Of a stretch of DNA of 64,000 nt, positions 1-13,084 are shown in pieces. The notes beneath the pieces were generated by a model. The model saw only the letters and a program-made list of their open reading frames with translations. It was not told where the DNA came from and did not search any database. The stretch covers positions 59,708,001-59,772,000 of the forward strand of contig NC_087436.1 in NCBI RefSeq assembly GCF_036321535.1. Direction: 5' to 3'. The position numbers were made by a program, and so were the translations under genes. This DNA is from Camelus dromedarius. Taxonomy: Eukaryota. Within the stretch, counting starts at the first letter, position 1, and every line of letters begins with the position of its first letter.

Positions 1-2429
1 GTCTCCTCAAAGATGGAATATGACTAGGACAGCATGTACGTAGTAGGCTTAGCATTGATATATAGGAAGTGTATTGTTGCAAAAAGTTTAACATTATCTG
101 TGGAAGAATACTATAAATTAGAACAATGAAATTGAAACTTTAGTATTTTTTTCAAGTATACATCATTTAGTTCTCAAAGGAAACATCTATAAAATGTTGG
201 GAAAGATTGGTCTTGTCAATCTGAGTTTTTAGTAGTTAAAGGCTTCTGAGTAAAAAAAAAAAATATGGCAAATTTTTACGTATTTTGGAACAAAAGGAAT
301 CATGTTCATTTGCCTAATGACAGACATACAGGTTTCCAGAATGCAGTGCTTCATTTACTTATGAATCTCTAAGATCATGCACTTTGGTAATCACACTTCT
401 GCATACATAAAACAATCAAACAGGATATAAACAGTCAATTCGAAGCAATTAACATGTTTAAGTTCTGTAGTTTTCTAAGAAACAATTTTTTTTTTAAACA
501 CATACCAGTAAACACTGAAGCTTCATTTTTTTAAAATTACATTACCCATTTGCTATGGCTCAGAAATAAGTTGTCACAGTTTTGGTTAGATTATCAAATG
601 TGTTTATGCATATATCTAACTCTAGCTGAACACACGCAAATAAAACTTTATTCCTTTGCATACATTTCCAGTAGGGACAGAAAATTTAGTCACTGAAATT
701 TCATTTTGTTTCAAAAGGACTCATTATATGCCTATTTTCATACACAATTGACAAAAAATATTAGCAAATATGGACTTATACCACTAAGTTTTTTAAAAAG
801 TTAAAAAGTAACCCCTAAAGCTTGTGAAAAAGGATGTTTTGTCCTTGACTCCAGTAATGTTACTTTTAAGATTAAGAAAACAGACATAAAATGTATTTGA
901 CATAAAATTCGGGACCAAATACTTAGTTATTAACATTCCAATTACATCTTTTAAAAAGGAAGGAAAAATACCTGAATCACATTGGGATAGTGGAGTAATG
1001 GGTAACAAATTTCTTGTCACTTAGGTAACCTTCATCAAAAAAAATTCTACAACAGTCTAAAAATTTTTAAAATAGTGTAAAATTTACCTAACATTTGGCC
1101 AAAATTATCTGATGTAAAAAATACCCTCCATTACAATATGCAAATAGTGAGACTTAAGCAGCAGCATTTGTTGTTAAAATAATGACAGTTGTATTCATAA
1201 AGTTTCAAGGATTAAATAAACTTATTCAACCAATCTTCATTTCAATTACATCAGATGCATGGCATTAAACTTGCCAAGTGTCTGCCTTTTGCAACGTACT
1301 GGAGAACTCAAGCCAATCTTGAGCAGTCTAACAGGCATAGTATCATTCTTCTAGCAGCTTGACTTTTTGCTAAAACAAGTATGCCTATTTGACAGAGTTC
1401 AGAAGGAAAAATATACTTTCATCCATGGAAAATTATATAATGATAGTTTTCTAAAGTGAAAAATTATAACAAGATAGGCTATTCAGTCCAAGATAGTGTT
1501 TAAAATGGTAGAGAACTAGGAACAGTATCTATTATTTTTAGTCAAAAAGTAAGATTAGTTAGGAAGTGAACAATCAATAAAACAAGTTTTTTTCATTGAC
1601 TGTCACACCCTCCAAACCCCTTGCCAAAAGGTGGCTTCTCTGTATATCCAGTAAGAAGTCCATCTTAGGCAAAGGCAGGCTAGCACCACCCTAAAACATC
1701 CCTCAGGCTCTTATCTGCTATTCATTAGCTAATGGGAAAGTTCATTAGTTGTGCTGAAATTTAGTTTTCCTGTTTGCAATGCAGTGAGAATGACAAAACT
1801 GACAGTTTGGCGTAGCTGGGAACAGTAAATGACTAAAACTAAAATAAAGGACAAAGGGAAGAAAAAGGTATATGGATTGGACATCTATTATATTGGTGTT
1901 AGATGGGTTTTACGTCTCAGTTTTTTCAAATTAAAGTTCAGTCACTTTTTAGAATAATAATTTAGTGTTGCTACCAAACTGGTTTGCACACAGATGAAGG
2001 ACAATTTACAAAAGTTATGTAGTTGAAAGGAAAAAAAGTGGTGGGTACAACAGCTTCGAACCCCAGAAGCCTTTAAACACTATCCGGTTAATCTTGGCTG
2101 GCTGTCAAACCAAGAACTGTGAAATGTACTAGGAATTGGGAGTTTAATAAATGGACAATTGGCAATTGTGTCTGGAAGTTATAGGAACTTCAAGGAGCTC
2201 TCATTACAAAGCACCTGAATTCCAGAAACTTCAGAAGCTCAGATGCCCTTGTAACCACTGGCTTTACATGATTTCTATTTTCTTTGTTCCTTTCAGCCTG
2301 ATTCTCCAGTCTGAGCATGCTACAGTGAGCAATGATCTAAGGAACAAGATAGTGCAACACTTTTTGCTTCTCCATAGCAATCAAATTTAATTTACATATG
2401 CATAGAGACCTATAAGATGTCATTTAAAG

Positions 2430-2565
2430 AATCTAACTTTGAGCAATTTAACATGGTTAAGCCTCAACTTCCTTGAGGATAAAGAAAAAAAGTATGACAG
2501 TGTGATGTGAGATACATAATCAAGTTGCCCAGCATAATACTGACACATGGTAATTGGTACTTAAT
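2430..2565 (+). mobile_element. MIR SINE fragment
   Basis: ctttgagcaatttaac...agcctcaacttcct...gtgagatacata...cccagcataatactgacacatggtaa resembles the MIR core and 3' end. Confidence 0.5.
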
Positions 2566-2602
2566 TGCCACATATACTTCAGTCTATTTTCACAAATGTA
2601 AG

Positions 2603-3072
2603 TGTGAACGAAAATACTGCAACCATATCAGTAAACAAAGAATGCTGAAACCAAGTCATCAGCGGCTGCTGCCACCCCCCAGTGGGGACGGGCCTGCAGC
2701 CCAGCCTCTGCAGCCACTCACAATGGTGCACTCTGAGGGTACTCAGAATAAGAAAGGACAGGATACTGGCCCTAGATAGCTAGGTGCTTGTCAAAGGAAT
2801 GAATTCAGTGAGCCCAAATGCTTGCTTTCTCCCATACATAGAAAAGCACTAAATTCTTTAACTTGAGATGCCTGGCTTTCTTTAGATAACAATCTTTTAT
2901 TGTTCCAACTACCTGGTCTTTGTTGTAAAGCTCCTATATATTCTAGCTCCTCCCCCACCTCTTTGGAGCAGTCCCTCAGAGCAATCTGAGAGGCTGTCAT
3001 CCCAGCTCGAGTCCTCCCGCCAAATAAAACATAACTCTTAACTTTTAGGCTGCGCATTTATTTCAGTAGACA
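2603..3072 (+). mobile_element. ERV1-type solo LTR (cetartiodactyl lineage), 470 bp
   Basis: TG...CA termini, 4-bp TSD TAAG (2599-2602 / 3073-3076), TATA-like ctatata near 2935, AATAAA at 3023-3028. Shares blocks with the LTR at 62959-63492. Confidence 0.85.
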
Positions 3073-3401
3073 TAAGTTATGAATGTTTGAGTATGCTCAC
3101 ATTTTAGACCATTTATTGTAAAGAAAAAAATAGGTTGACAGTTCTCTAACAGTTTTCTTGTAAAAATAAGGAGCTAACTACATTAGCAATAAATACATGT
3201 AACATTTTTATTTTGTTGAATGCTGTTCCCTTAGTTTGATTTCTAGAATATTTTAGATTAGAATCAATTTTGACTTTGCCCTTTCCTTTTTGCTTCTATA
3301 ATTTTTGATTCTTAGTATTGAGATCATTTTATAGTTCTATTTTCTTCTGTTTTATCACTACTGTTCACTGTGGCATCCATTTTGCATTTAAATTGTTTCA
3401 C

Positions 3402-3815
3402 TGTGAAGGAAAAACCGGGCTGGGCTAACAAGATAACTCACAAGTCTAAGTATTGGAATACTGATCTGAGTTCTGCAGGACTAACTTGTAAATCTAAGTT
3501 AATTAGTGTTGGTTTGCTGTTTATGTTTTTTTGCTAGCCAGTTGGGTTTTCAAAGATACATATCTGGCTTTGGAATGTTGGTTTGCTGCCTCCCCACCTC
3601 CACTTTTGTGATGATAATGCTGCTAAAGCTGTTCCATGCCTATTGGCCTAATACCCCAAGCTTGTACTTTACCCTATAAAACCTCATGCGCACGTCTTGG
3701 AGGTGCTCAGAGCTTCGGAGCAGAAGCCCCTCTGAGCCCGCCGGCGTAATACATCTGAGTACTCCCACCCTCCGAGTGGTGCTTGTTTCTTGACTGTCCT
3801 GTCGTTTCCGTAACA
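3402..3815 (+). mobile_element. Young ERV1-type solo LTR, 414 bp
   Basis: TGTGAAGGAAA...TTTCCGTAACA termini, perfect 4-bp TSD TCAC (3398-3401 / 3816-3819), TATAAAA at 3675-3681, AATACA poly(A)-signal variant at 3748-3753, CpGs retained. Confidence 0.85.
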
Positions 3816-4189
3816 TCACAAGAGCCTTTTAATAATGGGTTTCATTTAGTGTCCTTAAATCAGACGCAAGGTGGTCCATGGGAAAGGACACAGTAACAGC
3901 AATGACATGTGCCTGTGATGTCCCATATCCTAAGAAAAGCCACCATGCTCCCCTCCAAGCTGTGCAAAGTGCTATAGGTGCTGCTCCGATTTAAGTCCAC
4001 CTGTTTCATACCACACACCTGCAGCCCTTACCACCCAGTCTGACTCCTACTACCAGGAACAGGAGCTATTGTTTTTACTACGGTATTGGTAAATAGTGAA
4101 GGAGAACCACTGTATCCAGTAGTATAGCATTAAGCTCACTGTTTCATGATTTATAAACCTGTTATATGTAGGAGAGAAAAAATTATGCT

Positions 4190-4410
4190 CATAGAGTCAG
4201 ATGGATTTTATTTCAAATTCTTATTATCACTTATTATACAGACTTGAACAAATCACGTAATCCCTCTGAGGTTCAGTTTAAACCTAGATGAACTGGAAGT
4301 GACAATATATACTTCTCAATTTTATTGTAAGTTACTAAAGTCAATAACAAGCCTAAAGCATTCAGAGGATGTGTCAAAGAGTAGGAGCTTAGTAAATTAT
4401 GGCTATTGTT
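4190..4410 (+). mobile_element. MIR SINE
   Basis: gagtcagatgg...ttcaaattc...acttgaacaaatcacgtaatccctctgaggttcagttt...agtaaattatggctattgtt follows the MIR layout. Confidence 0.65.
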
Positions 4411-6131
4411 ACTAAAATGGTCTGTTTATGCCTGTCTTCCTCATTTGAATGTTGGCTCCTTGAGAGACCATTCAATTGCTTTATCTGTTTAACCCTTGCT
4501 GCAGTCAGTCTCTAGCTCAGAAAACTGGTTTTCAAATGTTTAAAGATACTCTATTGTGAAGTAGAATATTACCTTTTTTTATATATAGATGTTTTGTAAA
4601 AACATTGTTATAGATAGTTTTATATGTAATTTATTTACACTGATATAGATGTATCTACACAAACATAGCATATATGCACACCACTATACATTCTTTGGTT
4701 GCATATTATTCACACCTTCAAGAATTTGAGAACATGATTTATATATTTTCCACTAATTCTAAGTCTTTGCTATCTTTCTGTCCCATTAACTACTTCAATA
4801 TTTTCTTTGGTAAATTACTTTAAGCACTGGAATCTCAACTGGTTTAAGAATAAAAGAATGAAGAGAAAACTACGAAGTTATATGACATATCTTATAGAAT
4901 AAATTTAAGAAGTCTAAAATGCCCAACATGTATACTTTTCAGCTACATGCCTAATTTGGCTATAATATGGCTGCAGGTTCCTTTTAAAACATATATGGCT
5001 TCAAGTTAACACACCTTCATACTGGCCTTTAAATTAAACCACAATTATTTCCCCATAGCCATTACCAAACTGCAATATGACAACACCGCGTGATAAAGAC
5101 TTAAACAAATACGTAGGACTGCCAAGGCAAGTGCAGCAGAATATTCAAGATTGTATCTTTTTTGGCAGGGTACTGGAGGGTGTAAGAATCTGGAGGCTAA
5201 TCCCCATTATGTATCAGAGGGTATTGTCATATTCACACTGTACATCTGTCTCAGACCTGGCCAGGAGAGTAATTACTGCTGAGATAAGCCTTTTCTGGGA
5301 TATATGCAATTAATTTGCCTGTAAAGGGAAAGTAGCCTGACATTTTAATAATGTTTAAGTATACCTAATCTCTTTCTTTTCTGTTCCTAATGTTTCCTAA
5401 ATATAAGAAAGAAAGGATTTGAAAGTACTTACAGCTGTCTGTTCTCATGTAAATCATCCATGGGCCTGTAATATTCTATCTTCAAATGACTGGCATGAAA
5501 TAATACCATAAATTATAATAGAATGTAGAGCAAGTGGGAATTACTTTTAAGATGAAATCAGGATATGATTTTCATGCATAAAGAATGTTTCTCTTATCAA
5601 GGAGGAATTATTCTGTTATTAAAGGTTTAAGAGCATACAATTTTATTCAATTTGAGTTGAGTATGTTTTTAAACCAAATCAAAATTATTCTCTGCAGATT
5701 CTTGATAAAGTGCTATTTAGCCGTATGTATTTCTTGGTCTTATTTTTCATCCCCCTCCCTTTTTTACTCTGCATAGTAACCTGATTACATATAATGCTAC
5801 ACTTTCAGTTCTTCAATTACCATCCATTTTTCAAAATCCATCAATTCTACACTGGCCTTCATGAAGCCCCATACTTTGCTATTTAAATGTTAACAAATGA
5901 GATGAGAGCTTGGCTTACATTTAAATAAAGCAAATGACATTTTAAGACTGGAGAAAAATGATTGTTTCTGTTTACTTACACTCAAGTAATAATGGAATTT
6001 TCAGTATTTGCTTTGAACAAGGACAAAGGTTTAATAACAAAAAAGGTCTAATTTTTATTTAAAATTTTTAAGTGATCTGGCTTTTAAGTTGGTCTTTACC
6101 TAGCAGGAGGAAGAAGTGCTAAACTCAGTAA

Positions 6132-6515
6132 TGTACCTACAATAAAAATCAATCAACAAGAAAGCTCAATTGAAATAGAATTGTGAGGCCAGAAGGGGGA
6201 GCTTTCATGCCCTGCAACCATAGCAGAGCCCAACGACTCTTCTCTCCTAGAAGAGCTCAGCCAATGAGAGACTGTCACAATTTAGCCAATGAAAAGCCGC
6301 TGTACTTCAAACTTTCAATTCTTACAATGGACTGTTTACTATATAGCCCTCTTAACATTCTCCCACCCCTTCTTTAAAGAGTTCTCCTTTCCATGCTGTG
6401 AGGGGACCTGCACGTGGCTTGCCTTGATTGTAAACCTCAAATTCCAAATTTCTGTTGGACACAAATAAACACATTTTTGCTGAAGAAATAACTGGCCATC
6501 TGTTTTAGGTCAACA
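6132..6515 (+). mobile_element. ERV1-type solo LTR
   Basis: gaggccagaagggggagct, two agccaatg CCAAT boxes, tttaaaga TATA region, aaataaac, terminal ttaggtcaaca. The 5' boundary is approximate. Confidence 0.7.
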
Positions 6516-8955
6516 CTCCTATCTGGATACTTGGAATACATTATTTAAAAAAAACTCTTCTCTAAGAAAAACTGACTTTATGTAATAATCATGATATAAA
6601 AAAGTATTAGCAGTGACCAGAAAAAATGCAGCTAGTTAATACTTTGTTGTACTGAATTTTGTAAAAACATGTTTAAAAGTTTTAAGAAACAGTATTTGTT
6701 TAATAAGAATCTCCAAAAGATACAAGTTAGACAGCTACTAAACATGCTCTGATTTAATGTTTGAAAACTAATGCTAATAAAAAATTATAATAAAATGCAC
6801 CAATTTTCAAAAAGTTCAGAATTGAAGCTATTAAAATTCAGTGAAATATTTAATGTATTAACTAAAGTTTCTAAGTACTTCCCCCTAGAATATATACCTC
6901 ACAGTTCTCATTCTTTGTTTAGGTCTGAAATTAAAAAATTTTCCAAATGGTTACATCAAATGTCAGAAATGAAGTAACTGAGGTCCATTCTTTCATCTTT
7001 ACAGTACCTATGCTCATTGCTCATTCTGAATTTACTGTTGAGCATGTTAATACATAGTACCACAGGTATTAAAAAAAAGAAACTAAGCTTAAAGTTTGGT
7101 GGGTGGTTCTGAACTATTAATCTTGGTCTGTTTCTCTAACTTAAAATTCTTTCAGTTACCTTTCATTTAAAAATACAATGTTTATTCAAGCATGAGTAAT
7201 AAAAACATAATAATTGAAGATTTTATGTGTGTAAAATTTTACACAAATTGCATGTGTGTAAAATGTAAAACTCATTTTAAAAAATAACCTGGAGTTACTA
7301 AATTAGAATTCAGGTCCATGTATATTTTCAGGGAGTAGTCATATTACTGACACTTTCAGAATTGTTGGCATATGGTAATAGTAAATATAGATGATTTTTA
7401 GTCAGTTTTATAATTGTTTTAAATACTCCACAGTCAATGTACTCCCTTACTGATTAGCCTAGAAACACATGGGAGTTAAGGTAAGCAATAGCTTTCACTG
7501 CCTTCTGACAAGTATTAAATGTTATGTTGGCAAACGGAGGAAGACTATGAAGGCAAACGTTGGACATTTTTGTTTTGTATATTTCTTTGTTTTAATGAGG
7601 GCTGTATTAAAGCATATGTTTATTCTTTTAGACAAAGCTAATGAACTTTTCTGCCCAGAAACCTTTGTATTTAAAGGCATTTAAACTGGTCTTTTTAAAA
7701 GAAAGGTATGTTTTTAAAGAAACATTGTATCAAATTACATTTGATTCCTTTGATTCCAATAAGCTAGAAAATGAATAGAAGTTTCCAAAGGGAAGAGTCT
7801 GAAATGGCAGAAGATATAGAAATTTCAACTCATAAATTACAGATAATTCACTTTTCTAACATGATTATACACAGGACTTCTTTAATATTTGGTGGAGTAA
7901 CAGACATCTGAATTACTGGCAAAACAGTAAATTCATAGCATGATATACTGTTTCTAATTAGGACAATTAAATTTCACTCCTCACAGTCAGGTCCAACTAA
8001 CCTTTCTTCATTTGTAAGTTATCTTCAACTTACTTAAAAATACTTTGAATCAATCCATAAAGATACCAAAAACACTTTCTTCAATTTTTGGTATCATATG
8101 GGGCACATTTCTCAGCCATAATATAAAATCATTTATAAGATTTCTGAAACCATTTACGAGATTAATAATCATTTACAAGAAACTATGTGCCCCCCTAAAA
8201 CACAAGGCTACATTTCACCATCAATGTTTATGATAAATCTCTCAGATTTATTTTTGGTACAAGGTAATATTTACAATGTTCTTCAGTTTCATACTATCAA
8301 TAAAATTTACACAGCATTCTTCAACATGACCTTCACTAAACAGGTAATCTAAAATTTATTCTTAAGTGAGAAAAAATGCTTTGTATTGTTAAGTAATATA
8401 GTTTAAGTTTAACCTAAAATACATAATTATTTTAAATGCAATTATTTTAAGTACCTTTTATTATTAATTATCCTTACTTTTAACCATGTTTAGACTTTTG
8501 TTCTAAACCTATACCTATGTATTAAATATAATAAGGTAAATTTATAAAATTCCAAAATCTGAGTGTAGTGGGAGAGGTATTTCTAATATTAAAAAGTTAA
8601 ATATATTCTACAAAATAAACACACATATTTAAATACATATCCAAATGTTATTTATGTCAAAGAAAAACTTTTCTCTGACTGAATGTTGGTTCTTTTTCAT
8701 GCCTTCAATTAATATACTGTCCAGCCAACATGCTGAAAATTCTCAAAGTGTGTCACATCTTTTCATCTCATTTCCTACTGATCTAATAGTTCATAGTAGC
8801 CCTCAGCAGTCATCTTGTCCGTGTCACTGGTTTGTTTGATTTTTATTCTCAGATGTGACTTTATTAACTAGAACATAATAATTATGATATTTAAACACAG
8901 TAAAATCCTAACTGCTATCATTAAGTGGTTCAATTCTACAAGACCCTCATTTCTC

Positions 8956-9348
8956 TGTTACAGACTGAGTATTTCTGTCCCCCAAATTTATGTTGAAGTT
9001 CTGACCCCCAGTGTTATGTATTTGAGGCTAAGGACTTTGGGGATTTGTTAGGTTTAGGTTATGTCATAACTTGGGTCCCTCATGATGAGGTTAGTGCTCA
9101 AAAAGAGGAAGAGTCACAAGACCTCTTTGCCCTCCCCTACCCCCACCCCTTGCTTTCTGTGCCAGCACCAAAGAGGCTTGTGAAGACATAATGGAAAAGC
9201 CATCTCCAAGCCAGGAAGAAAGCCCTCACCTGATCCTGAATCTATAGCACCTTGACCTTGGACTTTCAGCTTCCAGAACCATAATGAATGTCTTTTACTT
9301 AAGCTAATCAGTTTATGATTATTATACCAGGTTGAGCAGATTAAGACA
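8956..9348 (+). mobile_element. MaLR LTR (MLT1A-like)
   Basis: Starts tgttacagactga...ccccaaatttatgttgaag, contains accttgaccttggactttcagcttccagaac, ends gattaagaca. Confidence 0.8.
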
Positions 9349-10649
9349 TTCCAACCCACAAAGATCACAGGATGAAAACCATTAGACTCTCTCCAAATTA
9401 TTCATTTTCCAAAGATAAATGTTTTATAATCAGAAAAAGAAAATTTGATATTTGTTATTAAAACTGAAGATCAAATTACATAACAGAAATGGAACACTCA
9501 TATTAAAGGCATTATATTATACTTTCTATGCAGTTATTTTTATATCCTATCATACCACATATAGTTCCCACCACTTAATTTTATATATATAGCCATGTAA
9601 ATATTATAATCAGATTCTACACAAAAAGTTTTGTAATTTACCAAGTTCACTTTGGATGAATAATATCTCTATTTTTAATATTTTGAGAATTGAAAATTGA
9701 GACAAGAAAAAAAATTGCTAAATCAAGTCCCATAGGCAATGAGGCTAGACACTTGTATCCTGATTTTTACCATCACTACAGAGCTTCACTCTCCTCAAGT
9801 AAGGATAGGTAAGGTCACAGGAAGATGAATTGAAGCAACTCCTCCTCTGCTCTATTTCTTATCTTCTAACCTAATATAAAGTTTATCAAATCTCTTACAT
9901 GCTTTGGGCCTCATGTAATGTGGCTGCCAGTGAATTCTCAGTAAGAAGTAAAGTGCAGAGGGGGGATTACATAATACAGTTACCATTTTGAGTTTGCATA
10001 TTGGAGGATGCATGAACAAAGTCTCAAGAGAAGAAAGTTTCTAATTTTTTGACACAATATTCTCCCAAATTGATGCTAACTTCTCCTTAGCTGAAGCAGA
10101 GGCTGGGGCAGGAAGGCAGGGCTCACAGAGGAAGAGTTCAGGGTCTGATGGGTGTTGAGAGAAAAGAGCAGGTGTAAGACTGTTCTCTTCTGGGCTTAAC
10201 TGCAGCCAGTTAGACTAGCAGCCAATATGCCTCGGCTGAGGATGAGAAATCAAAGATTCTAGAGAGAACAGCAATGATAGGAAGTATCCAACCTTGTGAG
10301 AAAAATGATACTTTCCTGATTTCTTATCCTAGGAGCATCTGCAGAGTATTTTTGGCTGGGAAAACTGAAGCACAGTCACCCAGATTGGCTAGTTGTGTCC
10401 CAACATTTGTAACTGAGGAGAGCCGAGAGTGACAGAAAAAAAAAACGATGACTAATATCCTTCAAATTTGTTGTGTTGTCACCAGTCAACAGAAGCAGAT
10501 CCTTGGATCTTTGACCATTTGTGGGTGAAATTTTTCAAATTTACCTTGGTACTGAGGATGAATAGAGGAATTAAGCCAAAGAAAGTAACAGTGGATCTTA
10601 GGGTCAAAGACCCTAGGATGGATTAACAAGCAAAACACGAAAGACCATC

Positions 10650-11850
10650 CACTTCATGTCCAACAGAAATGCTGTATGGCACCGAAGACAAATGAGAAGA
10701 ATACTAATTTAACAGAATTAAAGCATTTGAATTTAAATATTTACTAGGAGTATAATCATTATTGACAATCAGATTAGTGGATTAGAGCATCAGTGGAAGG
10801 AATCTCAGCTAAAGACAAAACAGTTCAGTACTAAGAAAAAGACAGTCTTGACATATAAAAACCAAATACAGAAATTGGTTTCAAGAGGAACAAAGTCTAT
10901 AATTTGAAGGAAGACTCGATGAGTTGAATAGGATTACTGAATACCAGTCAGAATTAAGAAAAAATGCCACACATATAGGTATACTATAGAAAAATGCTAT
11001 GTGCAGCACTAGAATATAAAAAGATGAAAAGTTATTTACTAAGGAAAAAGCACCAAGACCTAGCAATATCATGCTTAGACACAGTATCTATCTTAGCTGA
11101 GGGTGCCATAATAAAACAGACTGGGTGGCTTAAAAAGCAGAAATTAGTTTTCTCACAGTTCTGGAGGCTGAAAATCCAAGATCAGGGTACTAGCATGGGT
11201 AGGCTCTAGTAAGAACTCTTCCTGGCTTGCAGATAGCTGCCTTCTTGCTAGATGCTCACATGGCTTTTCTTCAGTGCTGGTACATGGAGACAGATTTCTG
11301 GTTTTTTTCCTTATAAGGCCACTATCCTGTTGAATTAAGGCTCTGCCCTTATGAATTCATTTAACTCTAATTACCTCCTAAAAGCCTACTCCAAATACAA
11401 TCACATTGTGGGTTAGGACTTCAACATATGAATTTGGGGTGACACAATTCAATCCATAACAGTATCTTTTATCTTTCAAGGTAAAGAGATATTCAAAGAT
11501 CTAGAGACTATATCATTAGTATCCTATCTGAAGGAAACACTTGGGAAAGGATTGTAATCAAGCCATAAATAAGAGACCATAACATGGTGAAAGATGAAGA
11601 TTGTAAACAGTGATATATAATAAAATCTTTTACTATACATGATTTAAACCAAATAGGTAATATTGTGACTAGGAATTTGCAAAGTCACAAATAATTCTTT
11701 TGAAAGAAAAATGTTTCAAAAAACAAAAAAACAAGTCAAAGAACTAAAATCACTAAGTCCTCAGCAAGCTCAGGTGAGGAAAAAGAAGAAATTAAAAACA
11801 TTTTAAAGATCTCATTTGACGGGACAGTGGTCTTAAAGTTGAGATAATTT
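10650..11850 (+). mobile_element. Ancient L1 (L1M-type ORF1-region) fragment interrupted by an MLT1 LTR
   Basis: A-rich degenerate ORF1-like text (gatgagttgaatagga...gaaaaatgctatgtgcagcactagaatataaaaagatg). Boundaries approximate. Confidence 0.45.
11089..11461 (-). mobile_element. MaLR LTR (MLT1A-like)
   Basis: tatcttag...ctcacagttctggaggctgaaaatccaagatcagg...gacacaattcaatccataaca, with 5-bp TSD GTATC (11084-11088 / 11462-11466). Confidence 0.85.
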
Positions 11851-12650
11851 CAAATGTTGTTTGGGTTGTTCCAATTTTGTGAACACATTTTTATGAGACC
11901 AATACAAGCTATAATTTATTATCAAAATAAAAAATACTATTGATGTAGCCCATGTCACATAGGTAAGGTTAGCCAGTGCCCTTCACATTACCTCATAGCA
12001 ATGTAGAGATTTTCTTCTATTATAAAGCAGTTAGGAGTAAGTATCCCATGTATGACTTAGTCCCTTCCTATTTTTCATACCAAAACCTTCTGCCCAAAGA
12101 GTATATCACTTGTTTTTTCCAATTACTTGCCCCGCCACATGTACAGTCCTAGGACACTTTGATATTCTAATATTTAATATCCTCTTGGACATCACAAAGT
12201 GTGCAAATGATCGACTGTTAAAAAAATTCAGGAAATCTCACCAATGTGATGCAAATTTCAGGGACAATAAATTAAGACATCTTGAAATTGTTCCCAAGAG
12301 TACAAACCACTTGTTTTCTTTTTAAAGAAAACAGAAAAGGGTAAGGTAAAAGTGTGACAAAAATACACTCATGTTAGAAACACAGTTAATGTAGATAATT
12401 TGCTCAAACATCAATATATAAACTAACATCAAGACTGAGTTTCTAAATATATTAGTGCTTTGTAAAGTCTACTGACCCATCTGATCCATCTATTGGTGAA
12501 AGAGAATCTGAACCAAGGTAGTATCTCTGAAATCAGAGTAGAGAAAGAATGTTTGAAATGTGCATTTAATGCTTGAAAGGAACTATAATAGAACACTTTG
12601 TCCACAATTTCACTTGTTAACATTAAACAGGCATGAGCATTAATAGTATG

Positions 12651-13019
12651 TGCTATGACTAAATGATGTCTCTCAGATTTATGCTGTGAAGCCCTAACAC
12701 CCAATCTGATGGTATTTGGAGATGGAGGGTGGTCTTCGGGAGACACTGGGTTTAGATGAGGTCATGAGGGCAGGGTCCTCATGACAGATTAGTGCCCTTC
12801 TAAGGAAACTTGCACCCCTTTCTCCATCTCTCCATTTTCATGCACATGCACTCAGCAAAGCCCATGTGAACACATAGCTAGAGCGCTCATGAGAACCCAA
12901 CAGTGCTGGAAACTTGATCTTTGACTTCTAGTCTCCAGGACTATTATAAAATAAATTTCTATGGTTTCAGCTACCCAGTCTATGGTGTCTTGTTATGGAA
13001 TCTCTAGTGGCCTGAAACA
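12651..13019 (+). mobile_element. MaLR LTR (MLT1A-like)
   Basis: tgctatgact...gaagccctaacacccaatctgatggtatttggagatgg...ttgatctttgacttctagtctccagg...aataaatttctatggtttcagctacccagtctatgg. Confidence 0.8.
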
Positions 13020-13084
13020 CCATGCCAATAGTTATTTATAGAACAGTCGAAGGGAGGCCCAACCCTTCTGCAGAACTTGTACTC

